Below, piece by piece: positions 1-5,869 of a stretch of DNA of 12,856 nucleotides. A model generated the notes under the pieces. The model saw nothing but the letters and a program-made list of their open reading frames with translations. It had not been told where the DNA came from and did not search any database. Both the position numbers and the translations under genes were made by a program. Within the stretch, counting starts at the first letter, position 1. Each line of letters opens with the position of its first letter. Source of the DNA: Candidatus Heimdallarchaeota archaeon B3_Heim (lineage in GTDB: Archaea; Asgardarchaeota; Heimdallarchaeia; Hodarchaeales; Hodarchaeaceae); contig NJBF01000068.1 of NCBI GenBank assembly GCA_003144275.1, positions 1 to 12,856 of the forward strand. Direction: 5' to 3'.

Positions 1-1094
1 TGCAGACAGTAAAAGGAACCACGAGATTTACGGTTCTTTTTATCTATATAGCCACACTTACTACACATTTGAGAGGTATACGCCTCGTTCACTCGAACTA
101 CTGTCATACCCACGAGTTTGGCTTTATATTCCAGCATCTGAACTAATTGTAAGAGGGGAAGTTGGACAAAGGCTTGGTTGGTGCGTTTTCCGAGGTTGCA
201 ATGCTGTTTCCACCCGACATTATACCCAATGACTAAGGTTTCAATATTGTGTGTTAAACAATAAGTGATGAGGCGTCGTGTGGTTTGATGGAAGAAAGCT
301 CGGAGTTTGTTCGTTCGTAAACGATGAAGACGGAGAATACGATGAGTAATCAGCTGGTGGTTGCAGGTGGAAGCCCTGGATCGATAGTGTGCAAGCTGTT
401 TGTTATACCACTGATTTATGGTCTTCACGACCCCGCCTTTGACGAGTAAGCCGTCTGACGTAGTTACGAGGTTGGTAAGTCCGAGATCAATTCCCATAGC
501 ACGGGAGGGCAAATCAGAGGAAGGAAACGCTTGCGCTTGCACTTCATAAATTAGTTCGACCACAAAGCGATCATAAAAGGGAACTAGCCGCGCACCCACA
601 CATGTTTCCGCTGTTAATGGAAGAGATCCCACTGGAAAGGCTGGAAAGCCTCGGGCCATGAGATTCCGGGCAAATAATATTTGATTATTACGGATTCGAA
701 CGCGGGGCCGAGGAAAGCTCAGTATATGCATCCCATTCTTGGGTTTATAGTTCGGGGTTCGGGGACGGGTTTGAAACTTAGTGGGATCTTTTTTCCAAGC
801 TTTCAAGGCATTAAAAAAGCCGCGCCAGACCTGTTCTATCTGTCGTAAGACTTGCTGGGGTAAATAGCTATCCGAGATGTGTTTTAATGTTAGATAAACT
901 GGTTCGTGCTTGAGCCGATGATATAGCGCCGTATACTGGAGCCATTTCCCTGTCCTGAAGAATTCTTGGCGGACCTCAAAGGTTGCGCGATTATAGAGAT
1001 TTTTGGAACAGGTGCACAAATCAACAAAAATAGGCCGCGGTTTCAGCTGCATTCGGATCGCTAACTGCGGTTGAGGGTGTTTCTTGGTGCGCAT
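1..1094 (-). CDS. tnpB: TnpB, RNA-guided endonuclease of the IS200/IS605 family; 3'-partial (364 codons visible, runs off the left edge)
   Basis: Manual translation from ATG at 1094 is stop-free to base 1: MRTKKHPQPQLAIRMQLK...SKNLYNRA...QQVLRQIEQVWRGFF...AMGIDLGLTNLVT (RuvC-I D203, nt 488-486)...LVIGYNVGWKQHCNLGKRTNQAFVQLP...LEYKAKLVG...VNEAYTSQMCSKCG...FYCL (Zn finger). SD-like GAGGTGGG lies immediately upstream. Not in the ORF track, presumably because the stop codon lies outside the window. Confidence 0.95.
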   Translation of the reverse strand, partial: MRTKKHPQPQLAIRMQLKPRPIFVDLCTCSKNLYNRATFEVRQEFFRTGKWLQYTALYHRLKHEPVYLTLKHISDSYLPQQVLRQIEQVWRGFFNALKAWKKDPTKFQTRPRTPNYKPKNGMHILSFPRPRVRIRNNQILFARNLMARGFPAFPVGSLPLTAETCVGARLVPFYDRFVVELIYEVQAQAFPSSDLPSRAMGIDLGLTNLVTTSDGLLVKGGVVKTINQWYNKQLAHYRSRASTCNHQLITHRILRLHRLRTNKLRAFFHQTTRRLITYCLTHNIETLVIGYNVGWKQHCNLGKRTNQAFVQLPLLQLVQMLEYKAKLVGMTVVRVNEAYTSQMCSKCGYIDKKNRKSRGSFYCL

Positions 1095-1115
1095 TCCCAC
1101 CTCTTTCTAGCATCT

Positions 1116-1143
1116 TCCCTCTTATAAGCTTGTAACAGAGAGA
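1116..1143 (-). promoter_or_regulatory. Imperfect hairpin containing CTTATAAG: candidate tnpB TATA box and/or subterminal left-end hairpin
   Basis: TCCCTCTTATAAGCTTGTAACAGAGAGA folds imperfectly around AAGCTT. TTATAA lies ~28-33 nt upstream of the tnpB ATG. Confidence 0.3.
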
Positions 1144-1180
1144 GAGCGGTGAAAGTGACGAATCCGATGAAACTGAACGC

Positions 1181-1220
1181 TTTTTATCCGATCAGATACT
1201 AATAAGTATTAGTTGTCGGA
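1181..1220 (+). promoter_or_regulatory. Putative aminopeptidase promoter: TATA-like TTTTTAT plus palindrome ACTAATA-AG-TATTAGT
   Basis: TTTTTAT at 1181-1187. Perfect 7-bp inverted repeat at 1198-1213, nested in TCCGA(1187-1191)/TCGGA(1216-1220), near the expected TSS. Confidence 0.35.
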
Positions 1221-1231
1221 CAAATTTGATC

Positions 1232-2341
1232 ATGTTTTCTGATTATAATGAAAAACTTGCGAAATTGATTGTTCAATATGCAGTAAAAATTGAACCTGAA
1301 GACACTGTTATTATAAAAGCACCTACGATCGCTGAACCCTTGGTAAAGACTGTTTACCGCGAAACTTTACGAGCGGGAGGACATGTTATCTTAGTAGATC
1401 TTAGTTTTGATGGTCAAGATGAATTATTTTTCAAGTTCACGTCTGATAATCAACTAAAATACGTCAATCCTATTAAATTAGATATCGTGAAGACACTAAA
1501 GAAATACATCAATATCTATGCTTCCTTTAATACCAGGGATTTAACAAGTGTTCCTCCTGAGAAGAAAGTTATGGTTGCTGAAGCAGGTAAAGAGATGAAT
1601 AAAATTTTCCTTGAACGAGCAAGTACAAAGGAGCTCAGGTGGAATATTTCACCATTTCCGTGTAATGCTTTCGCTCAAGAAGCGAATATGGGCCCCTTAG
1701 AATATCTTGAATTTGCGTATAAAGCCCTTAATCTTCATCAACCCGATCCCGTGAAGTTTTGGCAGGACTTCGAGAAAAAACAACAGCACATTGTTGATAT
1801 ATTAAACAAAGGCTCTTTTTTGCAAATAATCGGTGAGGATACCGACCTTACTTTAGGAATAGCTCAACGTCCCTGGGAAAATTGTAGTGGTCATGAAAAT
1901 TTACCTGATGGCGAGGTCTTCACAGCCCCTATTGAAGATGCAGTTAATGGCACTATTCGATTCACCTATCCAGGGATTTTTTCTGGACAGGAGATAGAGG
2001 ACATTCGCTTAACCTTCAAAGATGGAAAAGTCGTCGACTTCGATGCAGATAAAGGGAAGGATTTACTAAATAAGATTGTCACCACAATTCCCAATGCTAA
2101 TATTTTAGGAGAGCTTGCTGTTGGTACAAATTATGGTATCCAGCGATTTACAAAGAATATGCTCTTTGATGAAAAAATGGGTGGAACTGTTCATCTTGCA
2201 TTAGGGGCAGGCTATCCAGAAACAGGCTCAAAGAATGAATCATCTATTCATTGGGATATACTTAAGGATATGAAATCTCCAGAATCCAAAATACTCCTCG
2301 ACGGAGAAATGATCTATAAAGAGGGAAAATGGCTAATTTAA
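1232..2341 (+). CDS. ampS: Aminopeptidase, peptidase family M29 (AmpS/PepS/AmpT-like thermophilic metalloprotease)
   Basis: Metal-site motifs NLPDGEVFTAP, LGELAVG, FDEKMGGTVHLALGAGY, SIHWDI. ATG at 1232 is preferred over the TTG at 1226 used by the ORF track. Confidence 0.93.
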   Translation: MFSDYNEKLAKLIVQYAVKIEPEDTVIIKAPTIAEPLVKTVYRETLRAGGHVILVDLSFDGQDELFFKFTSDNQLKYVNPIKLDIVKTLKKYINIYASFNTRDLTSVPPEKKVMVAEAGKEMNKIFLERASTKELRWNISPFPCNAFAQEANMGPLEYLEFAYKALNLHQPDPVKFWQDFEKKQQHIVDILNKGSFLQIIGEDTDLTLGIAQRPWENCSGHENLPDGEVFTAPIEDAVNGTIRFTYPGIFSGQEIEDIRLTFKDGKVVDFDADKGKDLLNKIVTTIPNANILGELAVGTNYGIQRFTKNMLFDEKMGGTVHLALGAGYPETGSKNESSIHWDILKDMKSPESKILLDGEMIYKEGKWLI

Positions 2342-2348
2342 TCCCCTC

Positions 2349-2366
2349 TTTACATTTTTCTTTTTT
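2349..2366 (+). terminator. Oligo-T tract, archaeal-type terminator after the aminopeptidase
   Basis: TTTACATTTTTCTTTTTT begins 8 nt after the stop codon, in a 24-bp convergent gap. Confidence 0.4.
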
Positions 2367-3232
2367 CAGCTAATTTTGAACCCTTCAATCTGCTGATTCT
2401 TTATCGAGGAAATTGCAGGATAACCAACCAATAATTTAACATTGTGAGATCTAAACTCCATTAATTTCTTATCTATGTTGGCATCTGTAATTATTAGCTC
2501 ATTCAAGCTATACCTGATAATTTTCTGAGCCTTCCTTGAGAACTCTGACCATGTAGAGTTTGTTAACTCATCTTTCCACAGATTGGCTGCTTTGAGTCTG
2601 TCTTGAAGGACACGTCGACGTAAAAGATAAGGGAGAAAATCACTGATATTGTTCTCAAATTGGTCAGTTTCGATAGCTAATGGGGTATAAATAGCCAAAG
2701 GACAGCTAATTTTCTTAGAAAAGCCATTCATTACACGATAATCCCCATTAAGAGCAAATGGAATCACTGGTGAATATGATCGACATATCGATTTAATAAT
2801 TCTTGTAGAAAGATTTTCTATCCCTAAAAACATTGGTCGATCTGTTCGTTGTCTAATTTGAGTAAAGGACTTATTAAGAGCATTCTCTACGGAGACAGTT
2901 TGATCAATATCATAGGCTGGATGCCCTGCAACCAGATTCAGACTCAGATTTGAGTTATCAGCTATCATGTCTAGGTAAGATCTCAAGAGATCATTACCAT
3001 TCTGAAATTCTAATGCCCTAACCGCTACTGTGAGAACCAACGTGTGATTAAGCTGAAGTAAAAGTTTTTTTATCTCCTTAATAGAAAGAAGATGATCTTT
3101 TCCTTCATAATCTAGAAATATAAACGAATGGTACTTATCAACGGTTAAGATAGAATTCAGAAAATCTTTTTTTCCAGAAAATTTGGTATATTTTAAAGCA
3201 ATACCTGTTAAAAACGTTTCTTTATTGTTCAG
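2366..3232 (-). CDS. Uncharacterised archaeal protein, DUF7388-like (often mis-annotated 'luciferase' in haloarchaea); start codon ambiguous (CTG 3232, or ATG 3248 with a +1 shift; ORF track uses TTG 3040)
   Basis: The frame is open from 3235 to 2366. The extension reads FLNNKETFLTGIALKYTKF...FIFLDYEGKDHLL...HT before the track's LVLTVAVR. Motifs ALK, DYEGxxHL, T..VRA..F, LVAGHPAY, AIYTP, Y..RRR and VGYPA match, in order, an archaeal family recalled from memory (not searched). Confidence 0.75.
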   Translation of the reverse strand: MNNKETFLTGIALKYTKFSGKKDFLNSILTVDKYHSFIFLDYEGKDHLLSIKEIKKLLLQLNHTLVLTVAVRALEFQNGNDLLRSYLDMIADNSNLSLNLVAGHPAYDIDQTVSVENALNKSFTQIRQRTDRPMFLGIENLSTRIIKSICRSYSPVIPFALNGDYRVMNGFSKKISCPLAIYTPLAIETDQFENNISDFLPYLLRRRVLQDRLKAANLWKDELTNSTWSEFSRKAQKIIRYSLNELIITDANIDKKLMEFRSHNVKLLVGYPAISSIKNQQIEGFKIS

Positions 3233-3248
3233 GAACTAAATCCCACAT
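3222..3248 (-). other. Short ORF MWDLVPEQ* (extendable to GTG 3290, 22 aa) overlapping the 5' end of the DUF7388-like frame; either its true N-terminus or a uORF
   Basis: ATG TGG GAT TTA GTT CCT GAA CAA TAA, preceded by SD-like GAGGT with a 7-nt spacer. Confidence 0.3.
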
Positions 3249-3290
3249 GAAATTAACCTCAATTTCAATTTTTTCGATTTCTATCTTCAC

Positions 3291-3342
3291 AAGAACGATT
3301 CCGTTCTTAATCTCACTAAAATTACTAGCCTAAAAAAGGCTA
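3291..3342. promoter_or_regulatory. Two inverted repeats in the divergent intergenic region
   Basis: AAGAACG-ATTC-CGTTCTT (3291-3308) and TAGCCT-AAAAA-AGGCTA (3326-3342); the second contains a minus-strand TTTTTTA TATA-like core. Confidence 0.35.
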
Positions 3343-3423
3343 ACTATACTGACATCATAGCTAATGTAATTCCTTACATTTCTCTTTTTCTTAGCGTGTA
3401 GACCCATTTTGACGATTTATCAA

Positions 3424-3466
3424 CACAAAAATTTAAATAGCATTATGAGCTTGCTTGATAATTATC
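3424..3466 (+). promoter_or_regulatory. Archaeal BRE-TATA promoter of the ABC operon
   Basis: A-rich BRE-like CACAAAAA followed by consensus TTTAAATA (3432-3439). Predicted TSS ~3461-3464 falls in the perfect palindrome GATAATTATC (3457-3466). Confidence 0.6.
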
Positions 3467-3538
3467 TCGGATACAATGTCGTTGATGTGTCAACACCTTC
3501 TTGAAGGCTATTAGAATTCTAAGAATCACTTCCGAGAT
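3464..3538 (+). promoter_or_regulatory. Candidate structured 5' leader (multi-branch fold)
   Basis: 8-bp closing stem ATCTCGGA/TCCGAGAT encloses three short hairpins (3481-3494, 3496-3507, 3511-3522). Confidence 0.3.
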
Positions 3539-3568
3539 CAATTAAAAGAAAATAACTGGTGTAAAAAT

Positions 3569-4969
3569 ATGAAAAATCGTATTAAAATAACTCTTTTGCT
3601 TGTTGGAATAATGTTTATTGCAACAATGACTGGTACTGCTAGAGCAGCACCTCAAAAAACACATGCTTTACCAGCTGAGATTAAAATTGGAGGCGTGTTC
3701 CCCATTACCGCTCGACCCGATGCTGGTCCCGATCGTCGTGATGGATTTTTGATTGCCGTCGCCGAGATCAATGCTCAAACTGGTACAGACCGGATCCTGC
3801 CGGAAGGAGTCACACTTGTTTCTAATGTTCAAGATGACTTAAACACTGCTGCTGGAGGCACTGCCGCCGCAGAAACCCTTTTAGCCTGGGGCGCGGATAT
3901 TGTCCTTGGGTCTTCTGGAAGTAGTGTAAGTGCCGCAATGGCTAGTGCACTTACTCCAACGAAAGTTGTTCAGATTTCCTATGCTTCGTCTTCGCCGTCA
4001 TTAAGCGATCGGACGTTATATCCTTACTTCATGCGAACATGTGCCTCGGATGCAGATCAAGGCTTAGCTATAGCTGAGCTTGTGAAAGCTTTCGGATGGA
4101 CAAAAGGAGCTGTAATTCATACAAGTGATTCTTATGGAACAGGTTTAATTGAAATCTTCAAAGACGCTTATACTGGAACCATCCTTACAGATCAATCATT
4201 CGAAGCTGGTGCAACTGATGTTTCTGCACAAGTTCAGTCTCTTAAAGATACAAATCCTGAGTTTATTCTAGGGAACTTCATTGATGAGGATGCAAAAACT
4301 GTTATGAAGAAAGCAAACGATCTAGATATGTTGGATTTAGTCTGGATAACCACTGATGGGTGGTCAACTCAGGCAACAATTACGGACGCAAAAGTCAAAG
4401 AAGCCATGGATTTATCAATCGGTACTAATCCCGCTCCAGCAGAGGGTACAGGAATGTCTGATTTCAATGATACTTGGTTTGATCCTGTATGGAACTATTT
4501 AGAAACCCCTGCTAACAGTCAAAGTACTGGAACTCCTTTCAATTCATATGCACCCTTTTCTTATGATACTGTATATGTCGCAGCCAAAGGGTTGGCAGCT
4601 GCTGGAACTACTGATGGTGATGCTTTATTAACTGCTCTTTATGCCGTCACACATGAAGGTGCAACCGGAAATATCAAGTTTAACGAACTTGGAGAAGTTA
4701 TCGGTAGGTACGATTATGTCCAACTCAGAGATGATACCTACTTTAAATTCGGTGAATATGCTATTCCATCAGGAGCAACCTCGGCAATAGGTGTCCTAGA
4801 TGATGCATCTGAATTCGAACTGGTAAATGGGTCAATATGGTCTATTGCAAACAATGTGGCGACATTTGTAAGATGGGATCCTGTAGATACTGCTCCTGGC
4901 TTTGAACTGCTAGCTGCAGCACTTGCTATTGGTATCTTAGTTATAACAGTGAAGAAACGAAGAAAATAA
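3569..4969 (+). CDS. livK: HAAT-family ABC transporter substrate-binding protein (type I PBP/Venus flytrap, LivK/ANF-receptor fold) with signal peptide and C-terminal PGF/CTERM-type membrane anchor; ligand not established
   Basis: Signal peptide MKNRIKITLLLVGIMFIATMTGTARA; motifs IKIGGVFP, GSSGSSVS, QISYASSSPSLSD..YPYFMRT, WITTDGW; C-terminus TAPGFELLAAALAIGILVITVKKRRK; first gene of a liv-type operon; GGTG SD-like site upstream. Confidence 0.9.
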   Translation: MKNRIKITLLLVGIMFIATMTGTARAAPQKTHALPAEIKIGGVFPITARPDAGPDRRDGFLIAVAEINAQTGTDRILPEGVTLVSNVQDDLNTAAGGTAAAETLLAWGADIVLGSSGSSVSAAMASALTPTKVVQISYASSSPSLSDRTLYPYFMRTCASDADQGLAIAELVKAFGWTKGAVIHTSDSYGTGLIEIFKDAYTGTILTDQSFEAGATDVSAQVQSLKDTNPEFILGNFIDEDAKTVMKKANDLDMLDLVWITTDGWSTQATITDAKVKEAMDLSIGTNPAPAEGTGMSDFNDTWFDPVWNYLETPANSQSTGTPFNSYAPFSYDTVYVAAKGLAAAGTTDGDALLTALYAVTHEGATGNIKFNELGEVIGRYDYVQLRDDTYFKFGEYAIPSGATSAIGVLDDASEFELVNGSIWSIANNVATFVRWDPVDTAPGFELLAAALAIGILVITVKKRRK

Positions 4970-4971
4970 CT

Positions 4972-5026
4972 GTTAGAATTCCTTGAACGTACATTCAAGG
5001 ATCTAACTTCCTTTTTTTCCTTTTTT
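4972..5026 (+). terminator. Hairpin plus U-tract between the SBP gene and livF (terminator or mRNA-stabilising element)
   Basis: GTTAGA-AT-TCCTTGAA / loop CGTACA / TTCAAGGA-TCTAAC (14 bp with a 2-nt bulge), followed by TTCCTTTTTTTCCTTTTTT. Confidence 0.65.
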
Positions 5027-5085
5027 ACTCAAAATTATTAGATTTGGATTAACATAGTTCCAACGTATTATTTGGAAGTAATTAA

Positions 5086-5823
5086 ATGAGTCAAACAGTG
5101 CTCCGTGGAGAAAAAATTTACTCTGGTTACGGAAAACTTCAGGTAATCAATGGGATTGACATTCACATAGATGAAGGTGAATTAGTAACGATTATCGGTC
5201 CAAACGGTTCTGGTAAGTCAACTTTGATTAGAACAATGATTGGATTGGTGAACTTATTCGATGGTCATGTATTTATTCGTGACAAAGAAGTAAGCAGGAT
5301 GAAACCTCATGAAATCATTGAAGCTGGTATTCCTCTTGGTTATGTCCCACAACTTTCGAATGTATTCCCAAGTTTAACAATTGAAGAAAACCTTAAAATG
5401 GGACTATTTGTCAAAAAATGGGATGATTATTACCAAGAAAGAACGCATGAAATGTTTAAACTATTTCCTATCCTGGAGGAGAGAATAAAACAAAAAGCTA
5501 GTTTGCTGAGTGGAGGAGAACGACAGATGCTAGCACTAGCGAGAGCTTTAATGCCTTCACCAGAAGTTCTTATTCTGGATGAACCTACTGCTGCATTAGC
5601 TCCCAATTTAGCGGAAGATATGTTACAATTAATTGTTTCTTTAAAGAAGGAATTGAAAATTTCAATTCTACTTGTCGAACAGCGTGCAAAACGTTCGATG
5701 GAACTCTCTGACCGTGGTTATGTATTAGTAACAGGAGAAATTGCGGCTGAAGGACCAGCAAATGAACTTTTAGCTGAAGACAAAATTAAAAAACTATACC
5801 TCGGAGTAAGAGATCGCAAATAA
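5086..5823 (+). CDS. livF: HAAT ABC transporter ATP-binding subunit, LivF-like
   Basis: Walker A GPNGSGKS, YVPQ..NVFPSLTIEENL, signature LSGGERQMLALARAL, Walker B LILDEP, LivF-type LLVEQ. Confidence 0.92.
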   Translation: MSQTVLRGEKIYSGYGKLQVINGIDIHIDEGELVTIIGPNGSGKSTLIRTMIGLVNLFDGHVFIRDKEVSRMKPHEIIEAGIPLGYVPQLSNVFPSLTIEENLKMGLFVKKWDDYYQERTHEMFKLFPILEERIKQKASLLSGGERQMLALARALMPSPEVLILDEPTAALAPNLAEDMLQLIVSLKKELKISILLVEQRAKRSMELSDRGYVLVTGEIAAEGPANELLAEDKIKKLYLGVRDRK

Positions 5824-5869
5824 GAATCAGCGTCTACAAATTCAATAAAAAGTTTTAAGTGATGATAAT

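Larger units (their letters stand above)
1..1180 (-). mobile_element. IS200/IS605-family element, IS1341-like (no tnpA upstream of tnpB); right end and omegaRNA outside the window; left-end position approximate
   Basis: tnpB ORF. Hand count gives 498/1080 GC (46%) over 1-1080 versus ~33-37% in sampled host genes. Only 137 bp separate the tnpB start from the next gene, leaving no room for tnpA. The GC-richer sequence ends near 1180. Confidence 0.7.

Noticed and set aside
480-492. 13-nt exact match TCCGAGATCAATT between tnpB (480-492) and the operon leader (3531-3543); 11 nt also at 3762-3772
   Set aside because: About one 13-mer match is expected by chance in 12.9 kb. The tnpB copy encodes the GIDLG motif and is not in guide or end sequence, so it is not evidence of targeting.
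1137-1146. (AG)5 microsatellite
   Set aside because: Too short to be meaningful on its own.
3202-3224. Possible -1 slippery run (GTTTTTAAC) after the uORF stop
   Set aside because: It lies downstream of the TAA, and the required shift is +1; not a canonical X XXY YYZ heptamer in frame.
3464-3538. tRNA gene or tRNA remnant (75-nt cloverleaf-like fold)
   Set aside because: No GGTTCRA T-loop, no 7-nt anticodon loop and wrong arm spacing on either strand; kept only as a candidate leader structure.
4738-4998. 86-aa minus-strand ORF
   Set aside because: Antisense shadow of the SBP 3' end and terminator; no family motifs.
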